DNA of 20,000 nucleotides from an uncultured virus (IMG/VR IMGVR_UViG_3300028048_000127) (lineage: Duplodnaviria; Heunggongvirae; Uroviricota; Caudoviricetes): the IMG/VR virus record IMGVR_UViG_3300028048_000127; one strand, 5' to 3'. The translations under genes were made by a program, and so were the position numbers. This document shows positions 1-7,572 of the stretch, piece after piece. The notes below the pieces were generated by a model. It did not search any database. It was not told the origin of the DNA and was given only the letters and a program-made list of their open reading frames with translations. The first letter of the stretch is position 1, and every line of letters starts with the position of its first letter.

Positions 1-302
1 ATGGCCTGGGTCCAACCGAGAATAACTAACTAATCGGGATACTGATTAGAAGGGAAGACCGTTAGGAAACAAAACGGTATTCGAGCAATCGCTTCGGTTG
101 GTGGCGCATTATGGCAGTCGATGTAAATATTTGTGTGTCAGCAATCTACAAGAGGCTCTGTAGCAATACATCCCACCAAGGCAACTAGATATGAGAAATC
201 TGGTACACCGGTACTCAAAGAAAGATTGGCGACTTGATGTCTAGCAATAGACTATAACTGATACACAAGAATAAGTAGCCGAACGTCGGACAAAATCCCA
301 GT

Positions 303-375
303 AACGGATTAGGTCAGTGGCTAGACCGTTAGTCTTCTAAACTAAAAGTCGTGGGTTCGAATCCCACATTCGTGT
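303..375 (+). tRNA. tRNA-Arg(UCU), atypical, embedded in the large ncRNA
   Basis: Cloverleaf: acceptor AACGGAT/ATTCGTG (A1:G72 mismatch), D arm GGTC-AGTGGCTA-GACC, anticodon arm TTAGT-CTTCTAA-ACTAA (anticodon TCT 336-338), T arm GTGGG-TTCGAAT-CCCAC. No encoded CCA. Confidence 0.85.
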
Positions 376-548
376 CAATGCTGAACCTCGGTGAACATTG
401 GAAGATAATTGAAGTTCTTCCCATCGTCCGTCGCAAGACTATTCTAGAAGCCGAAAGGTAGCTCCTCTCGTCTCAGCCTAGAGTAGATGTGTATGAATAA
501 CAGATTCTGCTAAGTGATGTAAGACGAAAGTCTGTAAATTGTAAAAGG

Positions 549-572
549 ACCATCAGCAATGATGGTTTTTTT
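549..572 (+). terminator. Intrinsic terminator of the ncRNA
   Basis: ACCATCA-GCAA-TGATGGT followed by a T tract. Confidence 0.9.
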
Positions 573-578
573 CTTAAC

Positions 579-607
579 TTGACTCAATAATATATATATG
601 ATATTAT
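579..607 (+). promoter_or_regulatory. SigA-type promoter
   Basis: TTGACT-17 bp-TATTAT with extended TG; SD AAGGAG before ATG 627. Confidence 0.75.
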
Positions 608-626
608 ATAAAATAAGGAGAAAGAT

Positions 627-974
627 ATGATAAAAGAAATTAAAAATTACCAAACCACTTTATTGTTTTTTGCAGATATAATCTATAACTCTGACATTTC
701 GGAACAAACCAAAATGCAAGTACTTAATCTATTTAAAAAAACTAATGAATCATTAGAAAATGAACGTCAATTTTACTTAGCGGCTCGTAAATGCAAAAAC
801 TTAATCGAACGTAACGGTAATAAAATAATTATTACGATACCAGACGTTAAGAAACGCAATATTAATGTTCACACCGTTGCGGCATACGAATTCGCACAAG
901 GGGTTGAGAAAAGATACAAAACTGTTGTAAAAAAAAGCAAAAAACTAAAAGTTGTACCTCTAAAAAGAATTTAA
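627..974 (+). CDS. Hypothetical basic protein (115 aa)
   Basis: ORF with its own promoter and SD. Confidence 0.8.
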   Translation: MIKEIKNYQTTLLFFADIIYNSDISEQTKMQVLNLFKKTNESLENERQFYLAARKCKNLIERNGNKIIITIPDVKKRNINVHTVAAYEFAQGVEKRYKTVVKKSKKLKVVPLKRI

Positions 975-989
975 TATAATATATTTAAT

Positions 990-1137
990 CTAGAAATTTG
1001 AAGAACAGCACTAGGCCAAGGGGTTATTGGTGTGAATTCACTAGATTGCAAAATAAGACTAGAGATGAAACTGCGGTAAAATCTAGTCTAAGTTATCCTG
1101 TCCCTAGATGTGCTTCGGCCTCTAGGGCTTTTTTTAT
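990..1137 (+). ncRNA. Putative small structured RNA or structured 3' UTR ending in a terminator
   Basis: Intergenic once the next gene's start is corrected to 1226. Perfect stem AGACTAGA...TCTAGTCT, repeated CTAG words, terminator CCCTAGA...TCTAGGG plus T tract. TATAAT lies just upstream (~975-980). Confidence 0.4.
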
Positions 1138-1174
1138 ACGTACGTACGCGCGTTTCCTCTTATTATATACAAAC

Positions 1175-1203
1175 TTGACATTTGTTAAGATATATACTAT
1201 CAT
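1175..1203 (+). promoter_or_regulatory. SigA-type promoter of the RNA-ligase operon
   Basis: AAAC-TTGACA-17 bp-TATCAT. Confidence 0.75.
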
Positions 1204-1225
1204 ATATAGCAGAGGAAAGAAATAT

Positions 1226-1567
1226 ATGAAATTTGATGAAAATTGGTGCGATAAGAACGGAGATTTAATTCTCAAGAAAGTTCCGTACGATAGACCAAAG
1301 GATTGGCCCGAGATTGATTATAAAGTTCTGAAAGAACGTTTCGAATATCTCGATGGCGTTGAGTCTCTGATGGTAAATAATACGTGTCGAACCACAGAGG
1401 TTGCTATCAAAGCGATCGAACGGAAACGAAAAGCTGACGATGATTCATTTTCGTTCCTATCGCATTACGCCAAAGAAAAAGCCAAAGATCATTATATTAG
1501 AACGCACTATAACGATCTGGAAGCAGACAACTACGAACGTCAAGAAGAAAGACAATTAAACGGATAA
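1226..1567 (+). CDS. Hypothetical protein (113 aa; start revised from TTG 998 to ATG 1226)
   Basis: SD AGAGGA, and a terminator and promoter lie between 998 and 1226. Confidence 0.75.
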   Translation: MKFDENWCDKNGDLILKKVPYDRPKDWPEIDYKVLKERFEYLDGVESLMVNNTCRTTEVAIKAIERKRKADDDSFSFLSHYAKEKAKDHYIRTHYNDLEADNYERQEERQLNG

Positions 1568-1580
1568 AGGAGAAATAGTT

Positions 1581-2237
1581 ATGGAAAAAGAATATCAAAA
1601 AATCGGAAATGTATTTAAGTTTGATGAAAAATTCAGAACTATCGTTGGGTTGAATGAACCTTATGAAACTTTAAAGAATATTATTTGGCAAGGCACTGAA
1701 AAGATTGACGGCACAAATATTCGTATTCATTGGGACGGTCATAACATTGAGTTCGCTGGCCATACTGACAAAGCACAAATTCCACCAAAACTTCAAACTT
1801 ATTTAGAGTCTGTGTTCAAAGTCCCAGAGATGGAATATATTTTTGAACAAGTCTTTGGTGAGTCTGAAGCATATATCTTTGGTGAAGGTTTTGGTGCTGG
1901 AATTCAAAAGTCTGGTGGAGACTATATAGAAAACGGAACTGATGTTTCTTTCATTGTCTTTGATGTTCAAATCGATGGCTGGGATCTTGATAGAAAAAAC
2001 ACTACCAACGTCGCTACTAAACTTGGTTTACCATCTGTCCCTGTTTGCTTTGAAGGAACTTTAGATGAAGCTAAGGCTTATGTTGCTGAACACCACATGT
2101 CTACTCTTAATGGCGGAAAGCATGAAATGGAAGGTTTAGTTTTAGTACCAAGAGACATCCAACTTTATGACAAGAAGCATAAACTCATCAAGTGCAAATG
2201 CAAATACAGAGATATGGTTAGAGCAGGATTGGTATGA
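1581..2237 (+). CDS. ATP-dependent RNA ligase, Rnl2-like nucleotidyltransferase domain
   Basis: Motif I EKIDGTN, III FGEGFG, IIIa FIVFDV, IV EGLVL, V KCK; SD AAGGAG. Confidence 0.88.
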   Translation: MEKEYQKIGNVFKFDEKFRTIVGLNEPYETLKNIIWQGTEKIDGTNIRIHWDGHNIEFAGHTDKAQIPPKLQTYLESVFKVPEMEYIFEQVFGESEAYIFGEGFGAGIQKSGGDYIENGTDVSFIVFDVQIDGWDLDRKNTTNVATKLGLPSVPVCFEGTLDEAKAYVAEHHMSTLNGGKHEMEGLVLVPRDIQLYDKKHKLIKCKCKYRDMVRAGLV

Positions 2238-2950
2238 GAAATTACAACGTCTATTTATCACTAATGGAAAAGTCTCTTGATGAGAAACTTTTCTTTACAA
2301 AGGAACTCAACCTTAGTAAGTTCAAACGCATCATTGATTTCGGTTGCGGAAAGGGCGATATTTTAAAAGCCGTTTCTCAACAAACTAATGCAAAACTTAT
2401 CGGTATAGATCACGACAAAACGATGCGAGACATAGCGCAACTTAACGTACCGAACGCGACGTTTCATGACGAACTGAAGCGCGATATGATAAAACGCGAC
2501 ACTTTGATCATTTTCTCTTCGGTTCTTCATGAAGTCGAAGATTACTGGTTTAAATTGAAACATATCGTAGAAAAAACTGGCGCAACGTTAGCGATCCGCG
2601 ACATGAGGTTTTCTGCACATATTATGAAGATTTCTAGGCAGAATTTAGCGAAACTAATAAAGCATGCAAATCCCCAACATTTATCGGAATTCACCGCAAA
2701 ATACGGATTATTTACTGATAAGGATATGTATCATTTCTTACTTAAATATTCATATGTGGACAACTGGGAACTAGAGTTAGAAGAAGATTACTTTGGCTTT
2801 AATTATCAAAGTTTGCTATCATTAGGTAAGGTTATTTATCAAAAGAATTACACATTAAAATATAAGAAAGAACGCGTAAAGGAAGACTTCGATATTAACT
2901 TAACAAAACCAACACACACTATGTTAATTATTAAGGTGAAAGACAAATGA
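2234..2950 (+). CDS. Class I SAM-dependent methyltransferase
   Basis: IIDFGCGKG motif I, LIGID motif II, SSVLHE; ATGA overlap with the ligase gene. Confidence 0.85.
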   Translation: MRNYNVYLSLMEKSLDEKLFFTKELNLSKFKRIIDFGCGKGDILKAVSQQTNAKLIGIDHDKTMRDIAQLNVPNATFHDELKRDMIKRDTLIIFSSVLHEVEDYWFKLKHIVEKTGATLAIRDMRFSAHIMKISRQNLAKLIKHANPQHLSEFTAKYGLFTDKDMYHFLLKYSYVDNWELELEEDYFGFNYQSLLSLGKVIYQKNYTLKYKKERVKEDFDINLTKPTHTMLIIKVKDK

Positions 2951-3726
2951 AAAAATTCTTAAGAAAATACAAGAAACAATTATTGCAAATTTTATTAGTA
3001 GTAGGCATTGGCATAGTAATTAGCGCAATCTTCCTTTTAATATTTTTCTTAACAGGAGTTTTTTACATCGATGGAGGCGTCAAGTTTAACGCCGAACTTT
3101 TCGCAGCGCTCCGCAACAATCCGCTTCTTTATGTTGTGTATATTGCCGTAGAGGCTATTGGCGCAACTTTGCTTTGTATGAATCCGATCGGTAGTGGTGT
3201 GTTTGTGTGGCTTGGTATCGCACTGTTCGGTCCTACTTGGAAATGTTTCTTAGCGGCCTTTGCCGGTTGCTTCTTATCTTATATTTTGATTGATGCGCTA
3301 GGAAGATTCGGTGGCGCGAAACTTATTATCAAGATCCTGGGCGAAGAAGATTACAAAAAGGTAGAAGATCTCATCAATAAAAAAGGATACACATATATAC
3401 CTATTATTTACTTATTGCCCGTTTTTCCAGATGATTTAACTTGTTTAGTTGTAGGAACTATGAAGTTCAAGTGGTGGTACCATATGCTATCAGCATTTAT
3501 AGGAAAAGCGGTAGGCATCGCAACTGTTGTATTTGGTGTCTCTTTGATACCAACGCAACTGTTCTTGCCGATAACTTTTGATAAATTATATAACTGGTTT
3601 GTTCTTATCGCTTGCCTTATCGTCTATATCGTTTTAATCTTTAAAGCATCGAAATGGATCGATAAGAAAATTAGCGCTTGGTTAGAAAAACGCCAGGCAG
3701 AAAGGAAACAAAATGAAGAAATTTAA
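2947..3726 (+). CDS. DedA superfamily / VTT-domain (TVP38/YdjX-like) membrane protein
   Basis: Multiple hydrophobic segments, LGRFGG and LLPVFPDDLTCLVVG signatures; ATGA overlap with the methyltransferase. Confidence 0.82.
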   Translation: MKKFLRKYKKQLLQILLVVGIGIVISAIFLLIFFLTGVFYIDGGVKFNAELFAALRNNPLLYVVYIAVEAIGATLLCMNPIGSGVFVWLGIALFGPTWKCFLAAFAGCFLSYILIDALGRFGGAKLIIKILGEEDYKKVEDLINKKGYTYIPIIYLLPVFPDDLTCLVVGTMKFKWWYHMLSAFIGKAVGIATVVFGVSLIPTQLFLPITFDKLYNWFVLIACLIVYIVLIFKASKWIDKKISAWLEKRQAERKQNEEI

Positions 3727-4009
3727 AGCACTCTTAGCATTATTACCTCTTCTTTTAACTTCCTGTACAACAACAACAAAGTACACAAAAGAAGATATTT
3801 CTAGACTAACAGTTTATTACATAATGGAGATGTATGGAGAACAACACGATACTTATTATACCGATGGTTATGAGACTTTCGAAGTCGAGATCAAAGAGAA
3901 CGAAGGTAAGATAGAATCTCTAATCGTAACTTATAAAAAGAAAAATAAAGATGCAAAGACTAGAGACTATTCTAATCAATATCCAAGATACATCATTACT
4001 AAAAGATAA
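3713..4009 (+). CDS. Putative lipoprotein
   Basis: MKKFK + hydrophobic stretch + lipobox LTSC. Confidence 0.75.
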   Translation: MKKFKALLALLPLLLTSCTTTTKYTKEDISRLTVYYIMEMYGEQHDTYYTDGYETFEVEIKENEGKIESLIVTYKKKNKDAKTRDYSNQYPRYIITKR

Positions 4010-4059
4010 AACTCATTGTAAATTACATTTTATATTTATAAGGCGGTGTATTTAATTAT

Positions 4060-4263
4060 ATGGTAAACGATATCTTAAAACATACTTGGGGCTTATCTAT
4101 TATTACTTTAACAATCCTAATACTTGTCGCAGCGCCGTTATACATAGCAGGACAACCAATTAAGTTTCTGTTAGCATTAGCTGCGTTTCTTAGCGCATAT
4201 GTGCTTCTAGGTATTTTAATAAACGCTATTACATATCTTGTAATCCGCAATAAAAAACGATAA
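4060..4263 (+). CDS. Small two-TM membrane protein
   Basis: Two hydrophobic helices, basic C-terminus, SD-like AAGGCGGTG. Confidence 0.65.
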   Translation: MVNDILKHTWGLSIITLTILILVAAPLYIAGQPIKFLLALAAFLSAYVLLGILINAITYLVIRNKKR

Positions 4264-4272
4264 AATAACGTT

Positions 4273-4641
4273 ATGGATTACGAAGCAAAGAAACTTTATG
4301 GGTTAGATTCTAATAAGGATTTCGAAATGTCAGATGATAAAATTTCTTACATCACCTCCAATCCTTATTTCAAAAACCATCAGTTCAAGAAGGTTCCTAT
4401 CTCTCAACTTGTAAGAGATAACGACCTTGATAATCCTATCTCTTTATCTAATAGAAGAGAAATGTGGGGAGAAAATCCTATCTACCAAAAGCAGAAGGAT
4501 ACAAATTCTAGAGACGTAATCTACGCAACGCTCCGTAACGGAACGTATCGTCTCGCAAACGGACGCCACAGAATTAAAGCTCTCCAAAACTCCGGATACG
4601 AAAATATTTGGATTCCGGTACTAGAAGAAAAGGGAATTTAA
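4273..4641 (+). CDS. ParB/Sulfiredoxin N-terminal domain protein (no HTH), probably leaderless
   Basis: KVPISQL...YRLANGRHRIKAL (GxHR motif); TTGTAA(4238)-17-TAAAAT(4261)-6 nt-ATG; no SD. Confidence 0.7.
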   Translation: MDYEAKKLYGLDSNKDFEMSDDKISYITSNPYFKNHQFKKVPISQLVRDNDLDNPISLSNRREMWGENPIYQKQKDTNSRDVIYATLRNGTYRLANGRHRIKALQNSGYENIWIPVLEEKGI

Positions 4642-4647
4642 CGATTC

Positions 4648-4713
4648 CTAGCGTCTTCGTTTATACATAAAAATTACTTAACAGTAATTCCCATGTAAGA
4701 AAGGAACATCAAT
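4648..4713 (+). repeat. Conserved leader element, copy 1
   Basis: CTAGCGTCTTCGTTT...AATTACT-TAAC-AGTAATT hairpin...GAAAGGAACATCAA. Confidence 0.8.
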
Positions 4714-5244
4714 ATGCCAACAAAAACAGGAATGGGCGGTAATGCCCCAGAAGCATACGATTCAAAAACAGGAAAATTCATTGAGGACGGTACACCAAAT
4801 GTTCGCCACGATAATCCCGTCGAAGCGAATAAAATAAAGAACCATATCTCACCAGAAAAGATCCAAGAACAATCCGCAGCGAAACAAACCGCTCCGACAT
4901 CAAACTTAGGGAAATATGCCAAACCGCATAGTTCAGAAAGAGAAACGGTTCTTAAAGAAGATTTCGGCGTAGAACCAAACGAAACCAAAATGACTCGCGC
5001 CGAATTTAAAGAACATGCGAACAAAGTGTTAAGAGACTATCTTAGGATGGGTCTTGATAGAGAAGATATTGAAGATATCACACCAGAAAGTGAAGGTATC
5101 CGCATTACTGATCCTATCCATATCAGAACAAAAGATGGTGAATTTAGCGCGTTCGATGAATTAGAACTCGCCGGAGGAAAACGCTACGTAGCGTATAAAG
5201 ACGGCAAGGTACATCTAATTCCAGAAGAAGAAGTAATAAAATAA
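4714..5244 (+). CDS. Hypothetical phage protein with N-terminal MPTKTGMGG..YDSKTGKF motif
   Basis: ORF with SD AAAGGA, followed by a terminator. Confidence 0.8.
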   Translation: MPTKTGMGGNAPEAYDSKTGKFIEDGTPNVRHDNPVEANKIKNHISPEKIQEQSAAKQTAPTSNLGKYAKPHSSERETVLKEDFGVEPNETKMTRAEFKEHANKVLRDYLRMGLDREDIEDITPESEGIRITDPIHIRTKDGEFSAFDELELAGGKRYVAYKDGKVHLIPEEEVIK

Positions 5245-5247
5245 AAC

Positions 5248-5283
5248 AAAAAGAGATACCGATCAACAGGGTATCTTTTTTTC
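5248..5283 (+). terminator. Intrinsic terminator
   Basis: AGATACC...GGTATCT plus T tract. Confidence 0.8.
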
Positions 5284-5306
5284 TTGCCTTCATCCTGCCG
5301 GTAAAC

Positions 5307-5335
5307 TTGACTTATTTAATAAATGTGTATATAAT
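5307..5335 (+). promoter_or_regulatory. SigA-type promoter
   Basis: AAAC-TTGACT-17 bp-TATAAT. Confidence 0.8.
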
Positions 5336-5376
5336 ATCATATGCAAAGGACAACAACGGAATTTTATAAAAAATTA

Positions 5377-5447
5377 CTAGCGTCTTCGTTTTATGTATAA
5401 TAGTTGCTAACGCAACCATCATATAGGAAAGGAACATCAACATCAGT
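5377..5447 (+). repeat. Conserved leader element, copy 2
   Basis: CTAGCGTCTTCGTTT...GTTGC-TAAC-GCAAC hairpin...GAAAGGAACATCAA. Confidence 0.8.
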
Positions 5448-5744
5448 ATGCTTAATAAAATAGATGTACATAATTTAAAATTAATAAAACTCGACTTGAA
5501 GGACAAAGAATATAATGATTTAGATTTCGCAAGAAATCCAAACTTTAAATTTGTATTCTCAACATATAATTATAATAAGGATGTGTATAAGAAGAATTAT
5601 TTCTTTAAGTATCATCTAGCTACTGGAAAGAAATTTTACGGTAGCAAAGAAGTGATTTGCATTCTTTATGATAAGGATGAGAAATACGTTAATATCGTCT
5701 TAGAAGAAAGAAGAGAATCGAAATGCAAATTTGCGCAAAGATAA
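5448..5744 (+). CDS. Hypothetical protein
   Basis: ORF downstream of promoter and SD. Confidence 0.7.
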   Translation: MLNKIDVHNLKLIKLDLKDKEYNDLDFARNPNFKFVFSTYNYNKDVYKKNYFFKYHLATGKKFYGSKEVICILYDKDEKYVNIVLEERRESKCKFAQR

Positions 5745-5851
5745 TTCTTACGCCGTTTCTTTTCGTTATTGGCGTAGCGCTCGGAATCGCAACGTTACTT
5801 ATCGTACCGATCGAGTTCGTAATAGACTATTGGAAAGGTAATATGTATTAA
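5723..5851 (+). CDS. Small single-TM protein (42 aa, not in ORF track): MQICAKIILTPFLFVIGVALGIATLLIVPIEFVIDYWKGNMY
   Basis: Hand-translated; fills the gap between neighbouring genes; purine-rich upstream region. Confidence 0.55.
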   Translation: MQICAKIILTPFLFVIGVALGIATLLIVPIEFVIDYWKGNMY

Positions 5852-5868
5852 AAGAAAGGAATAAAACT

Positions 5869-6072
5869 ATGAGCAATTTAGGAAAAGTTATTAGAGCAGT
5901 GCTTTGTTTTATTGCAGAAGCATGGCTTTGCGTTTGTTTCGTAATTATTGTACGACATATTAATTTAGAAAATCCTGTATTAGAAACTTTTATGTATATC
6001 GGATTCGCTCTCGCAATCGGCTCTTTATATGCTCCCATCATAAACGAAATTTTTAGTATTTCAAAAAAATAA
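5869..6072 (+). CDS. Small two-TM membrane protein
   Basis: SD AAAGGA; two hydrophobic segments. Confidence 0.7.
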   Translation: MSNLGKVIRAVLCFIAEAWLCVCFVIIVRHINLENPVLETFMYIGFALAIGSLYAPIINEIFSISKK

Positions 6073-6078
6073 AAAACA

Positions 6079-6134
6079 AAAAATACTTTTCTAAGAGATA
6101 CTACTACTATCTTAAAGAAAGGTATTTTTCTTTT
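6079..6134 (+). terminator. Long hairpin terminator
   Basis: AAAAATACTTTTCT..AGATA/TATCT..AGAAAGGTATTTTT. Confidence 0.65.
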
Positions 6135-6198
6135 GTAAAGTTTCCTATTGACTTATATTAAGAAATATATTAAAGTATATACAAAGGAGGATCAAATT

Positions 6199-6591
6199 AT
6201 GATCGATTTAAAACATAAGTACTTTTTAATGAGCGATGGAACAATTCTTTATTTTAAAGGTGGAATTAATCCTGCAAGTGTAATAGAAGTAGCCGAACGT
6301 AATTCTACTTCTACGACTTTTTATCTTAGCTATTTTCCTCATTGGAAAAAGATTATATTCAGTTCCGATTATTTAACTGATATTGAAGAAGCAGAAGATG
6401 AATTATTCGAAAGCAACCCTTCATTAATAAATGATTTCTACATTGCTTTAACCAAGAAGAAGCATACCTTCCCTTGTTCAAAGTGGAAAACCACTCCAAG
6501 AGAACATATTAAAGCTCTAATTAATTTAAATAGAATCAGCTTGGTAGAGCAACTAATAGCAGCAGAAGAAGATGAAAAAGAAAAATGTTAA
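6199..6591 (+). CDS. Hypothetical protein, paralog A (start revised to ATG 6199)
   Basis: SD AAGGAGG; promoter TTGACT(6148)-17-TAAAGT; similar to the next ORF. Confidence 0.8.
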   Translation: MIDLKHKYFLMSDGTILYFKGGINPASVIEVAERNSTSTTFYLSYFPHWKKIIFSSDYLTDIEEAEDELFESNPSLINDFYIALTKKKHTFPCSKWKTTPREHIKALINLNRISLVEQLIAAEEDEKEKC

Positions 6592-6997
6592 TTTAGCGAA
6601 CCGTTTCTTTTTGCTTAGTAACGGTGATTTAGTTTACGTTCCGAACGGATTAAAACAAAAAGATTTGATAAAATACGAAACGAACGCAAAAGTTTTGGCC
6701 TTTGAAATAGATGAAAAGGGCAATCTGAAAATTAACGTTCCGATCGATATTGTCGCAACGGCTGATTCTATAGAGATGATAGAAGAAAAAGAGAAGAACT
6801 ATTTCATCAATTCAAGAAAGAAAATTAACTATTATTTTAGGAATCTATTAAAGGTAGATCATAACTATCAGCCAGTAGATATGTACGAGCATGTTCAGGA
6901 ACTAATTAATGCGAACAGAATCAGGATAATTAGACGCTGGAAGATAGCAGAAAACAAAGAATTGCAAGAAATATATACTAATATATTCATTATATAA
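6572..6997 (+). CDS. Hypothetical protein, paralog B
   Basis: Shares FL(M/L)S(D/N)G..(L/V)Y and EH(I/V)..LIN.NRI motifs with paralog A. Confidence 0.78.
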   Translation: MKKKNVNLANRFFLLSNGDLVYVPNGLKQKDLIKYETNAKVLAFEIDEKGNLKINVPIDIVATADSIEMIEEKEKNYFINSRKKINYYFRNLLKVDHNYQPVDMYEHVQELINANRIRIIRRWKIAENKELQEIYTNIFII

Positions 6998-7004
6998 TAT
7001 ATGA

Positions 7005-7540
7005 TATAGTGAGAGGAGAGGAAACCTTAAAAGGAAGAAGAGAAGAGTGTGAAGAAGGAAAACCTCAAAAATCCTAAAAAACGTGTATAGTTGTGTACGG
7101 TTTGTGCATAGTTGTGTATAGTTTGAGAAAAAACTGTTCATTATTATTAATAAGGTTATTAATAATAGTGAATACATCAAAATAAAAATCACTTTTTGGA
7201 ACTGTTCATAGAATAACGTACCTTATATTAAATAATATAAGTACGTATTCTGTGAGGTTTGAAAGTATGTATAAAAAGGGTCGCGTACGCGCATATATGA
7301 AACAACATTTTTTTAAAAACTGAGCGGAAAACGCGCGCGCATGAAGCCTACATTCAAACTATTCAACATAGTGAATAGTATAGAATGTAAACTATACACC
7401 AACTATACACACCACTAAAAACGAGACTTTTATATCTTTAGATATAACAATTTTCCAAAAATGAGAGAAGAAACCTTTTTAGGAAGATGTAAGGGAAGAT
7501 TAAGAGAGTTGTAGAGAACATAAAGAAACTAAAATTCTTG
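7005..7540. other. Non-coding region: candidate replication origin or packaging site
   Basis: GTGTATAGTT-type repeats at 7083-7123 and inverted AACTATACAC x2 at about 7389-7410; AACTGTTCAT x2; imperfect AT-rich palindrome 7211-7250; purine-rich flanks. Confidence 0.55.
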
Positions 7541-7572
7541 TAAACGGGGATATGATATGCTATAATGTGGAT

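Larger units (their letters stand above)
1..572 (+). ncRNA. Large structured non-coding RNA (GOLLD/ROOL-like), probably truncated at the 5' end by the window edge
   Basis: No ORF >=60 aa. Many GNRA-capped hairpins on the + strand: CGA-GCAA-TCG 82-91, TGTA-GCAA-TACA 159-170, GTCTA-GCAA-TAGAC 239-252, GTC-GCAA-GAC 430-439, GCC-GAAA-GGT 450-459, AGAC-GAAA-GTCT 522-533. Long-range helix TTGTGTGTCAG 131-141 / CTGATACACAA 258-268. Ends in an intrinsic terminator. Family assignment is inferred from size, phage context and the embedded tRNA. Confidence 0.7.

Noticed and set aside
334..340. Reading the anticodon as CUA (amber suppressor, implying recoding)
   Set aside because: The 7-nt loop CTTCTAA centres on TCT, and TAG, TGA and TAA all end well-supported genes here, so code 11 fits.
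998..1225. N-terminal extension of ORF 998..1567 and antisense ORF 1093..1275
   Set aside because: The region contains a terminator and a promoter; the SD-supported start is 1226.
4273..4641. ParB-like protein as the binder of the CCGTGCT heptamer (parS)
   Set aside because: Only the N-terminal ParB/Srx domain is present with no HTH, and the heptamer is not palindromic like parS; the RHH protein is the better candidate.
4060..6072. Small membrane proteins as holins
   Set aside because: No endolysin nearby; hydrophobicity alone is insufficient.
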